A stretch of 27,494 nucleotides of DNA from Octopus sinensis (lineage: Eukaryota): assembly GCF_006345805.1 (NCBI RefSeq), contig NW_021827580.1, positions 1-27,494 of the forward strand, written 5' to 3'. The position numbers and the translations under genes are program-made. Shown in pieces: positions 10,130 to 20,367 of this stretch; position 1 is the stretch's first letter, and each line of letters begins with the position of its first letter. Below the pieces are notes generated by a model. The model had not been told where the DNA came from. It saw nothing but the letters and a program-made list of their open reading frames with translations, and did no database searches.

Positions 10130-10465
10130 GAAGATGCGTGGCTTAATGGTTAGGGTATTCGGCTCCTGATCGTACGGTTCTGAGTTCGACTCCCTGCGAT
10201 GCATTGTTGCATTGTGTCCAGGAGCAAGCCACTTTATTTCACGTTGGCCCCAGTCCACTCAGCTGCAAAAATTGGTTTTTACTTGTATTTCAAAGAGGCC
10301 AACCATGTCACATTCTGTGTCATGCTGAACCTCCCCGAAAACTACGTTAAGGGGTACACATGTCTGTGGTGTACTCAGCCACTTGCATGTTAATTTCACG
10401 AGCAAGATGTTCCGTTGATCGGATGATGAACTGGAACATTCGTTGTCGTAACCGACGAAGTGCCA
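10130..10465 (+). mobile_element. SINE B2: different tRNA head and central domain, 3' half shared with family B
   Basis: A-box tggcttaatgg, B-box gagttcgactcc, central gtgtcc..gagcaagccactttatttcacgttggccccagtccactcagctg; from gtatttcaaag onward it matches the 3' half of family B. Confidence 0.85.
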
Positions 10466-10469
10466 GTAG

Positions 10470-10490
10470 TCTATGTGTGTGTGTGTGTGT

Positions 10491-10525
<35 letters not shown>

Positions 10526-10629
10526 ATTACGTACGTATGTATACATGTTTATACATATATGCAGGCGCACATTTACATACACACACATATGCATATATCC
10601 ATCTCTCTCACACTCTCTCTCTCTCTCTA

Positions 10630-10676
<47 letters not shown>

Positions 10677-10732
10677 GCATACAAACATATATGTATATAT
10701 ATACGCACTACATACATATCTCTCTCTCTCTC

Positions 10733-10786
<54 letters not shown>

Positions 10787-10789
10787 GTG

Positions 10790-10828
<39 letters not shown>

Positions 10829-10931
10829 ATGTATATATATAATATATATATATAATATATAATATATATATATATATACATACATACATACATACATACA
10901 TACATACATGCATACATATATATATACGCAC

Positions 10932-10985
<54 letters not shown>
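10470..10985. repeat. Compound TG/TA/CA/CT/GA microsatellite
   Basis: Direct reading; the 20-mer atatacgcactacatacata recurs at ~10698 and ~10922. Confidence 0.93.
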
Positions 10986-11286
10986 TCAATTTATGCTGAG
11001 CATAGCGTGCGACTTTGTAAATCCTTTCTTGAAGGAACTAAACTTATTCTTCTTCCTCCGCGGTGGAAACCACACCCGGATATCATACGATTCAGTAATT
11101 AAAGATTTCGATATATTTCGTGATTTCCGAATATTGTACTGAGTATTCAGTCACTATACGATCGGTAATTATTGAAAACTCCTTGTAATAAGTTCTGCAT
11201 TAAATAGATAAGAGGTAGTCTCGTACAGATTATTCCAGTGCTGGTAATTGTTGATGCGTAGAACATCCGAAATATCTGAAATACAT

Positions 11287-11740
11287 GTTGCAAAGTTTGG
11301 CACGAGGCCAGCAATTGCGAACGAGGGGCGGGGGTTAAGTCGATTACATCAACTCTCATGCTCAACTGGTACTTGTTTTATCGACCCCGAAAGAATGGAA
11401 GGCAAAGTCGACCTCGGCGGAATTTGAACTCAGAACGTAAAAGTGAGCTAAATGCCGCTGGCGGGCTAATGATTTTATTTCTTTATTGCCCACAAGGAGC
11501 TAAACATAGAGGGAACAAACAAGGACTGACAAATGGATTAAGTCGATTACATAGACCCCAGTGCGCAACTGGTGCTTAATTTATCGACCCTGAAAGCATG
11601 AAAGGCAAAGTCGACCTCGGTGGAATTTGAACTCAGAACGTAACGGCAGACGAAATACCGATAAGCATTTCACCGGCGCGCTAACCTTTCTGCCAGCTCG
11701 CCACCTTAAGGTGGGTTAATGATTTTGTCGGCTCACTGCC

Positions 11741-11742
<2 letters not shown>
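11287..11742 (-). mobile_element. Older SINE A (tail 1) split by a younger SINE A insertion
   Basis: Body 11287-11476, head 11710-11742 (reverse complement taaggcagtgagccgacaaaatcatt). Confidence 0.8.
11477..11709 (-). mobile_element. SINE A (tail 2), full length, with 17-bp target-site duplication
   Basis: TSD ggcgggctaatgatttt (11460-11476) versus ggtgggttaatgatttt (11710-11726), 15/17 identical. Confidence 0.9.

Positions 11743-11805
<63 letters not shown>
11743..11805. repeat. (TAA)n target tract
   Basis: Direct reading. Confidence 0.95.
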
Positions 11806-12446
11806 CAATCGAACTGACTGTTCTAATCGGCATAAATGTATCTGTCAAGACTTACCAAAACAAACTGAGCAAAGATATATATTCTTTGGAATAGAAATTG
11901 GCAAAAACATTGGACCTGAAGACTAAAACAATAACTGTTACCATAGGTACCCTGGGAATGATAGCAAAAGGGGTTCATTGTTACTTATCTCAGATACCAG
12001 GTAAGCCAAAAATTTGGAAGAAATTCAAAAAAATAGTGCTCATGGGAATTTGTCATATCCTACGAAAAAAAATTGTGTATGTAATTCTAGAAACACTTTG
12101 ACCAGTAAACATTATCAAAAATACTTTTGAATATAAATAATGGCAAATATTTTTTACTGTCATCTTCAGATCATTAATTTTGAAACAAACTTCTACTTTT
12201 CTTGTGTTTTGACAGATATTCTCCAGAACAATACTTTGTGCAAAACCAAAAAAAAAATATATATATAACAACTGCTAACTTTTTTATGTTTTGGCAGACA
12301 GTCTCCAGAACAATACTCTGTGCAGAAATAATAAAAAAAATATGGCACCTTAGTCATAATACCAACTTGAACTTCCAACTTATTGTCTCTTGAGATCTCT
12401 GAATTAGACTTGCAGTCAACCTGTACAAATACAATGCAAGTCAAAC

Positions 12447-12449
<3 letters not shown>
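11806..12449 (+). mobile_element. R4/Dong-like non-LTR retrotransposon, 5'-truncated decayed copy 1 (end of endonuclease plus 3' UTR)
   Basis: IEIGKTLDLKTKTITVTIGTLGMIAKGVHCYLSQIPG...KIVLMGICHILRK aligns with the C-terminus of ORF 12781-13665 (IEIEKMWHLKAVTIPVIVGALGMIKKG...KIVLTGTSHVLRR). Flanked by (TAA)n; ~82-bp duplication in the UTR. Confidence 0.8.

Positions 12450-12535
<86 letters not shown>
12450..12535. repeat. (TAA)n target tract
   Basis: Direct reading. Confidence 0.95.
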
Positions 12536-12539
<4 letters not shown>

Positions 12540-12540
12540 T

Positions 12541-13822
12541 TAAAAATACGCAAGCTGCTGAGTTGTAATAGGATGCACCACCCAAAGGCAGACGTAGATC
12601 GCCTTTACCTTCCCGAGCCCCCAAGGAGGTCGAGGCTGATCCAATTTGAACTAGCTTACAAAACAACCACAATTGGACTGGCCAAATATCTCGAAATATC
12701 GAATGACTGGATGCTAAAGCTCGTGGAAAATCACGAGAGACGAAAGAAGCTTCATTCTATCATCAAGGAAAGCAAAAAATTTGCTATTGATCTCGTGCAG
12801 GATACCCAAACTGACAACCCGAGGGAAGTACGGTAACTATTGTTGCAAGAAGGTGAAAATGATGGCAATGAAAAAAGCGCACGAGCAATTGGCTGATAGG
12901 TGGGAGGAAGAAACTCTGCACGGCAAATATGTGACCCGCAGCAAACAAGCTGATGTTTCCAGAGAGACAAACCATCAGTGGCTGCGGAGCTCAGGGCTAA
13001 AAGCAGAGAGCGGAAGGTTCATCCTGGCTGCTCAAGACCAAAGCCTATCAACCCGGAACTACCAGGCCAATGTGATGAAAAATGGAGCAGACCCAAAATG
13101 CCGATTCTGCAACGACATGATTGAAACAGTGGACCACCTAATCTCTGGATGTAAAGTCTTAGCACCAGTGGAGTATAAATTAAGACATGACAGAGTTGGC
13201 CAATATCTCCACTGGCTAATAAGTCGGCATTACAATATCAAAACTGCCGACAAGTGGTATAATCACCACCCTGAGGCTGTAACTGAAGGAGAAAATGTAA
13301 CCATTCTGTGGGACTTTCCAGTACATACAGACCGAACCATCAAGGCCAATAAACCAGATATTGTTGTGAAAGACCAAAACAATAAAGTTTGCTTATTGAT
13401 CGACATGAGCATCCCCTGTGATCATAATATCTCAGCGAAAGAGTTTGACAAGCTCAGAAAATATAAAGACCTACTCATTGAAATTGAGAAAATGTGGCAT
13501 CTCAAGGCGGTTACAATACCAGTGATCGTAGGAGCACTAGGAATGATCAAGAAGGGAACCGAAAATTATATGAGAATGATCCCTGGCTTACCATCCCTGC
13601 AAGAAGTGCAAAAGATTGTCTTAACTGGTACATCACACGTATTGAGAAGAGCATTGTCGATGTGAGAACTGTTGCTGCTCATGCATTTTAATTTTTAAAA
13701 AAATGAACGAACTACTGAGTTTGGTTTAATGGCCTACCAATATACACTATGAGTTTCTTTGCCCTAGGAGTCGGGAAGACACTCGGCAAGAAATGGAAGA
13801 AAATTTGAAAGAAGAAAAAAAA
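12541..13822 (+). mobile_element. R4/Dong-like non-LTR retrotransposon, 5'-truncated copy 2
   Basis: Thumb motif MHHPKADVDRLYLP..(QGGRG in shifted frame)LIQ, CCHC finger, restriction-like endonuclease, 3' UTR, A-run and (TAA)n on both sides. Confidence 0.92.
12571..13665 (+). pseudogene. R4/Dong ORF C-terminal part: thumb, CCHC zinc knuckle, PD-(D/E)xK restriction-like endonuclease
   Basis: CRFCNDMIETVDHLISGC; RHD; KPDIVV..LLIDMSIP..K..KYKDL. Frameshift or deletion near 12820-12850; RT core absent. Confidence 0.9.
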
Positions 13823-13870
<48 letters not shown>

Positions 13871-13993
13871 GATGATGATGATGATGATGATGACGACGAC
13901 GACGACGACGATGATGATGATAATAATAATAATGATGATGATGATGATGATGATGATGATATGATGATGATGATGATGATGATGATGATAATA

Positions 13994-14086
<93 letters not shown>
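13823..14086. repeat. Compound AAT-GAT-GAC-GAT-AAT microsatellite
   Basis: Direct reading. Confidence 0.95.
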
Positions 14087-14566
14087 GCCCTGATGCGGTA
14101 TAAAAGATGGGCTACAGCAAATATTCTGCTCAATACCACAGATTTGATTGTCAGTTGTTTGACCTTAACCAGTTGAGCATGTCCCTTAGTGGCTGACGAT
14201 ATGTGCATCTCTGATCACGAGCAGAAGTAGTGGGGGAGCATCATAGCCATGTGTTGAGAGGGATTCTTTGGGGTTTGAATAATTCACCTCTGGAAACATG
14301 GGTGGTTCTTTCAACAAATTAAAACAACCCTTATTCAGGGACCTTTTGAGCGGGATGGGCTACTCAACCTGAAGAAAATTCTAACTGGGCCCCACCTGCA
14401 AGGTCATGTGCTGTTTATCTTGATATGAGATCACCATGTCGCGCACATATGGTTATGATGCATGTGCCTGGTGTACCCTTATCAGACGGGTAGTCATGAT
14501 GGGTATATTGGGCTTCGTATATTTTACCCCAGTGTCACTTTGATGGCATGAACTGCTCTCTCACTC
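14087..14566 (+). mobile_element. 480-bp non-coding element embedded in (AAT)n
   Basis: Complex sequence GCCCTGATGC...CTCTCTCACTC with (AAT)n on both sides; no credible ORF, TIR or tRNA head; shares its first 10 bp and flank with 1065-1129. Confidence 0.7.
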
Positions 14567-14624
<58 letters not shown>

Positions 14625-14790
14625 TTATTTATTTATTAATTTTTTAAATACAATTTATTTATTAACATTTTAAATACATATGTTACCTGTGAATTTGCGT
14701 GTGTAATCTGGGAATGCATACAATGAGCTTCTCTGCCCTAGGTGTACGGAAAACACTCGGCGAGAAACGGAAGAAAATTTGAAGAAAGAT
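14625..14790 (+). mobile_element. 3' UTR end of a further Dong-like copy
   Basis: 14723-14783 matches 13749-13809 at 53/61 ungapped positions and is followed by a TAA tail. Confidence 0.8.
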
Positions 14791-14866
14791 TATAATAATA
14801 ATAAGAATAATAAGAAGAAAGAAGAAGAAGAAGAAGAAGAAGAAGAAGAAGAAGAAGAAGAAGAAG

Positions 14867-14907
<41 letters not shown>

Positions 14908-14958
14908 CGACGACGACGACGACGATGACGATGATGATGACGATGATTATGATGAAGT
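14791..14958. repeat. Compound AAT-AAG-AAC-GAC-GAT microsatellite
   Basis: Direct reading. Confidence 0.93.
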
Positions 14959-14959
14959 A

Positions 14960-16140
14960 AAGTCGGTGGGCTTTCAACTTGGCACCTGGAGAGGGAAGCC
15001 CACAAACATTTCCTGGTTAAGTTTCGCTCCTGTCAGCTTTTCATATTCTTCCAATGATGTGCCGACCACCTCGATGTCTGAGGTGTCCGACACCATCACG
15101 GTGATGTCGTCCGATTATGCCGACACAGCCTTTCTACGTCCCGGTTCTAACGGGATGCCCTGCAGCAGATCCAGCTTCCGAAGTAGAGGCTCAAGGGTCA
15201 ATACGTACAGAAGGTAGGAGAGAAGACAACCTCGACGGACCGATCGGGAGATCTGAGACGGTTCCGAGATGTGGCTATTAACTTTGATCACCGAGCAGAT
15301 GCCGCTGTGCATTGCAGCGATCCAACCTCTGAAGACGGAGCCGAAGCCAGCCGCTTTGAGGACAGCCTCTAGATATCGATGGTCGACCCCATCGAATGCT
15401 TTCGATCGATCTAAATTGATCAGCACCCCAACCGAAGCCAGGTTTACACCCAAGCCTTTCTATAATGTATCGCATGAGGTGGAAGTTGTCGTGTATGGAC
15501 CTACTCGCGACTGCGCAGGTTTGCGCCTCCCAAACCAAATCCTCGACGACAAGCGCAAACCTTTTTGCTAATACTTTGCCAAAATCTTAAATTCTGTGTT
15601 GAGCAGAGTTATGGGCCTGAAGTTATCTAATGTGTCCCTCTTGTTTTCGTCCTTCTTTATCAGCGTCACTACGCCCTGGCTCACAAAACTGGGAATACAC
15701 CCGTTCTGTTGCCAGTTTAGTAGAGCGCTTTGAGGAGATCAGAGAACAAGTCTGGCATATTTACGTAATGTTCATAGGGCAGACCATCTAAACCGGGTGA
15801 CGTGCGCCTCGTGCAGCCGACAAGGGCATCCTTAATTTCGGCTGAAGTTATCTACCTTTCACAGCACTCAGCATCTGCCATCGAGAGACGCGGCAAGCTG
15901 TCGAGGTAGGGACTGAAGTCCGCCACCTTCGCCCTGCCACTATCTCCGAACAATCGGGCAAAGTGCTGGCGAAAGGCCTCACACATCTGCCTAGAATCAC
16001 TCAGCTTGTATCCGTCTCGGTCCGTTTAAGACCAAATTGTGGTTTTGTTACCATGCTGCGCCTCCACCACGTGGGCCCATCGAACAGCTTTGATCCCCTC
16101 GTTTCTCAGAGCTCTCTTTGTCGTTTTTATCGCTACCACC
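14960..16140 (-). pseudogene. L1/Tx1-clade LINE ORF2 reverse-transcriptase relic
   Basis: Multi-frame reading: LPRLS..EC..IT..EI..AL, SPGLDGLPYE, NFRPITLLNTEFKILAK, QTCAV.SRSIHDN, LINLDRSKAFDGVDHRYL, SVRRGC.LS.LLYVL.LEPLL, catalytic YADD mutated to *SDD, then TGAKLN. Several stops and frameshifts. Confidence 0.9.
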
Positions 16141-16389
16141 GCTGCAGATTGCTGTCTTTTTCGTGGTTGTTGTTGCTATCACTTCTACTACTGCTGTAGC
16201 AGCTGTTGCTCTTGCTGTTGAGCGAACGGTCTTCGTCCCAGAGCTCGCAAGATGGGAGAAGTCCGAAACGTGGTCCTTTGCTATTCGTAAGACCCGCTGA
16301 AGAGAAAAGAGGTCAACCCCCGACACCGAGAGCATCGACGGATGGATGAATACGCATCCAGGCTCAACGGTTGCGTAGGATGTCGGGGA

Positions 16390-16580
16390 CAAGAAACAGG
16401 AAGAAAAAGTGAGAGAAAGTTGGGGCGAAAGAGTACAACAGGGGTCGCCACCACCCCCTGTCGGAGCCTCGTGGAGCTTTAGGTGTTTTCGCTCAATAAA
16501 CACACACAACGCCCGGTCTGAGAATCGAAACCGCGATCCTCCGACCTCGAGTCCGCTGCCCTAACCATTGGGCCATTGCC
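16390..16580 (-). mobile_element. SINE family B, 5' half
   Basis: Matches 1960-2160 and 19140-19339. Confidence 0.9.
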
Positions 16581-17139
16581 GTAGCTGTTCTGACTGTTGC
16601 GTCTGCTGCTGCTGTCTTTTCTACCACTGTTAGTGTTTCTGCTACTATTGTTGATACTGTTATTCGGACTTTGCACCACGACTTTGTTTTTCTCCTCCTC
16701 CCCTTCCCCCGTATTGTTGCCTGTAACGGAGGTAAGGAGGGGGAGGAAATCTTCAGCCATTACCATATTGGTAGGAGGGGTTATTTTGATTTTTCACAGC
16801 TCTTCCATCGTGTTGAGTTTTGTTTGATTCAATTAAATTAACGCCCATCGAAATTATATGGTGGGCCGAATATCGCCCCTCTGTGGGCTAAACAACTATA
16901 GAAAACCAGCAACAGGTTCCTGGGTGTTTCTATTCGCAGCCTGGAATAAAATAATTATTGCCAAAAGACACCACTCCTAGTGAAAATAAATATTTTGAAC
17001 TGAACTTACTGGGAACGTTCGAAAACACATCCGATGTGTTCTGCACAAATATAATAATAATGATAACAACGGAGGGAGAAAAAATGTGTAGGAAGTAAAC
17101 GGCTTAACATGATAAAAGGACATATGTTTATATATTCAT

Positions 17140-17159
17140 AAATGTGTGTGTGTGTGTGT

Positions 17160-17195
<36 letters not shown>

Positions 17196-17210
17196 GGTGG
17201 CTGTGTGTGT
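17140..17210. repeat. (TG)n microsatellite
   Basis: Direct reading. Confidence 0.93.
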
Positions 17211-17268
17211 GAACCAACCTACGCAGAAGACATATCTATTTATTTGTTTCTCCGTAGATCGAAAACAA

Positions 17269-17340
17269 TGACTTAACAGACTTAATCGAGTTTCGACCCT
17301 TATTGGAGTCTCATCAGAGATGTCCAAATCACTTGATTAA
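17269..17340 (-). ncRNA. Degenerate hammerhead ribozyme motif (predicted)
   Basis: Minus strand CTGATGA-GACTC-CAATAA-GGGTC-GAAA core is intact. TTAATCAAGT/ACTCGATTAA gives a 9/10 stem III (type III fold), but stem I and the cleavage triplet are imperfect. Confidence 0.5.
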
Positions 17341-17379
17341 CCACAGGCATACATACATGCATGCAGACACGCACACACA

Positions 17380-17625
17380 TAGCAAAACAATTATTGCAAC
17401 AAAAACTACATTATCAACAACACAATAAGAATTATCGTCAACAACAGCGACAACTGCAACAACAACGACAACAAAAGTTCCTGAGTTCTTTTCAGAGATC
17501 TTGTTTCTTTTCATTCCCAGCTCCGCACCACAATAACTATTACGACACATCATTAGTGAAAACTACATAATTATCAACAACAACAAAAACAGCAATAACA
17601 ACAGCAACAGCTGTAGCAACAATAA
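17380..17625. repeat. Imperfect (CAA)n tract
   Basis: Direct reading. Confidence 0.8.
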
Positions 17626-17744
17626 AAACACTGGATATATAATCAAGGCTGTAGAATTATACAATAAAATTGTCAACAACTTGTACAGATAGATGTTATC
17701 TCACCGCCGATGGTCTTTATGTATACTTAAAACAATAAACATGC

Positions 17745-17759
17745 AACAACAACAACAGC

Positions 17760-17813
<54 letters not shown>

Positions 17814-17814
17814 T

Positions 17815-17853
<39 letters not shown>

Positions 17854-17935
17854 TTAAAAGTAATAATATTAATAATATTAATAATAATAATAATAATAAC
17901 ATTAATAATAATGATAATAATAATAATAATAATAA

Positions 17936-17973
<38 letters not shown>

Positions 17974-18046
17974 TAACAATAATAATAATAATAATAACAA
18001 CAATAATAATAATAATAACAATAATAATAATAACAACAACAACAAC

Positions 18047-18084
<38 letters not shown>

Positions 18085-18163
18085 TGATGATGATAATAAT
18101 AATAATAATAATAATAATGATGATGATGATAATGATAATAATAATAATAAAAGTAATAATAAA

Positions 18164-18213
<50 letters not shown>

Positions 18214-18293
18214 AAGTTACAATAAAATTAATAATAATAATAATGATGATGATGATGATGATAATAATGATATTAATATTAATAATAATAATT

Positions 18294-18332
<39 letters not shown>

Positions 18333-18345
18333 TAATAATATAATG

Positions 18346-18386
<41 letters not shown>
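17745..18386. repeat. Very long imperfect (AAT)n with AAC/GAT variants
   Basis: Direct reading. Confidence 0.97.
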
Positions 18387-18387
<1 letters not shown>

Positions 18388-18509
18388 CGCAATGTTTATG
18401 GCAATAATTTGTTTACAATCAGACGCAGGAATGCCAGACACATAAACGTGTCAGATGACAATATTACGATTAGCTAAGAAATCATTTTCTTTCGGCATTT
18501 ATTTCATTA

Positions 18510-18630
18510 TCTCCTCTCTTTCGCTTTCTCTCCCTCTCACTCTCTATCTCTCTCTTTCTCTCTCTCTCTCTCTTCCGCTCTTTCTCCCTCTCTTTCCCTC
18601 TCTACCTGTTTATCTCGCTCTTTTTCTTGG
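18510..18630. repeat. (CT)n polypyrimidine tract
   Basis: Direct reading. Confidence 0.9.
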
Positions 18631-18957
18631 TCATTCGTATATTCCTCCATTACTCTTCGATGTTTCCAAATTATATTGTGTATGGAGGTGGGTGTAGAAC
18701 GTCTCATGTTTACAGAAAACGTGGGTTCGAGTTTCACTGGCCGCTTTCGACTTTATATATCCAAAGGGTTTTTTCAACCCAATATTTACATGTTGTCATT
18801 CATAGCTTTATCTACTTCGAGTTCCACCGTCAAAAACTAATTGTTTCTTGTCTCCACATCTTTTTAAAGTCTTATGACGTAAACAATATTTGTGTGTATG
18901 TATACGTATATATGCATATGTAGGTGTATATATATGTATGTGTATGTACATATGAGT

Positions 18958-19339
18958 GGCACTCCGTCGGTTGCGACGACGAGGGTTCCGGTTGATCCGA
19001 TCAACGGAACAGCCTTGCTCATGAAATTAATGTGCAAGTGGCTAAGCACTCCACAGACACGTGTACCCTTAGTGTAGCTCTTGGGGAGATTCGGCGTGAC
19101 ACAGAGTTTGACAAGGCTGGCCCTTTGAATTACAGGTACAACAGAAACAGGAAGAAAGAGTGAGAGAATGTTGTGGTGAAAGAATACAGCAGGGGTCGCC
19201 GCCACCCGCCACCCCTGCCGGAGCCTCGTGCAGCTTTAGGTGTTTTCGCTCAGTAAATACTCACAATACCCGGTCTGGGAGTCGAAATCGCGATCCTACG
19301 ACCGCGAGCTCCCTAACCACTGGGCCATTGCACCTCCAC
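18958..19339 (-). mobile_element. SINE family B, full length
   Basis: A-box TGGCCCAGTGG and B-box-like GATTTCGACTCC on the minus strand; 3' end CCCTCGTCGTCGCAACCGACGGAGTGCC; colinear with 1783-2162. Confidence 0.92.
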
Positions 19340-19689
19340 ATGTACAAACATATATATTTTTTTCTAATCCTTCAATCCCGCTGACCCCTACCCATCTCTC
19401 CTCCTCCCGCGTGACCGGTGTCCAGCCAGCCATGATCTTTCTTTCTTGGCCTAACCGCCGACCGCCAATAACTCTTATGCCCATCTCCTATGTTCCTGCC
19501 TTTATACCTTCACCCCATACACGCCAGCTCAATTTGATTCGATCTCAGTCGAAAGACACCTGTTGTGATTTCTTATTGTTTGTATTCGTAATTGTGTACC
19601 GTGTTCTCCGTTTTTTTTTTGTCTTTGTTGCTGTACACATTCGCCAGCTTCCTTACAAAGGGGTCTAATGCTCTTGGCTCAAACTTTGG

Positions 19690-20322
19690 GGCGGGGGGGC
19701 AACCAGATCGAACCATCTCAAATGTAACTGCCCTAAATGGTCATGACTTCTGGTACTTGACTGAAGAAAGAAGGCCACGAATGACCCATCTTTTTTTTTT
19801 TTTTTTGGACCATCAATTACCTGGGTGAGGTGACGAAGAGGTAGCTCACCTGTATGCAAATCACATACAATCGAAATAAGTCTTGTTTCAAGTTTTTTTC
19901 TCTCAATAACTCATCACACCTCCCTTCCAGCCAGTATTCACTGCTGTTGAATCCCCACCAATAGCCCTGCATTGAAATTTCAAGCCCCCTCTCCTGAGGC
20001 CAGCATAAAATATTATCAGCAATTACCTCAACGTGTTTTTTATCTCTTCTGCTTCAACTTCAGGAGTAAAATGAAACAAAGACTGGCCACCCGGCTCAGA
20101 GCAGACAGTGTAATGCTCATCCATGATTAGAGCTGGAAATGTTCTGGAAATTACATCTAGGCGCAGGAGTGGGTGTGTGGTAAGTAGCTTGCTAACCAAC
20201 CACATGTTTCCGGGTTCAGTCCCACTGCGTGGCATCTTGGGCAAGTGTCTTCTGCTATAGCCCCGGGCCGACCAATGCCTTGTGAGTGGATTTGGTAGAC
20301 GGAAACTGAAAGAAGCCTGTCG

Positions 20323-20367
<45 letters not shown>

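Noticed and set aside
12610-12640. Local compensating frameshift hiding QGGRG in Dong copy 2
   Set aside because: All indels fall in C runs, so sequencing error or neutral decay is more likely than programmed recoding.
14193-14232. CTGACGA...GAAG in the 480-bp element
   Set aside because: GAAG instead of GAAA and no consistent stems I or III.
19345-19690. Segment with minus-strand TATAAA that looks like an LTR or pLTR fragment
   Set aside because: No second copy, TG..CA ends or ribozyme core in the window, so it cannot be classified.
20160-20235. tRNA genes at SINE heads (also 10130, 19270-19339, 22170-22257)
   Set aside because: A and B boxes are present but no complete cloverleaf, and each continues into a repeated SINE body.
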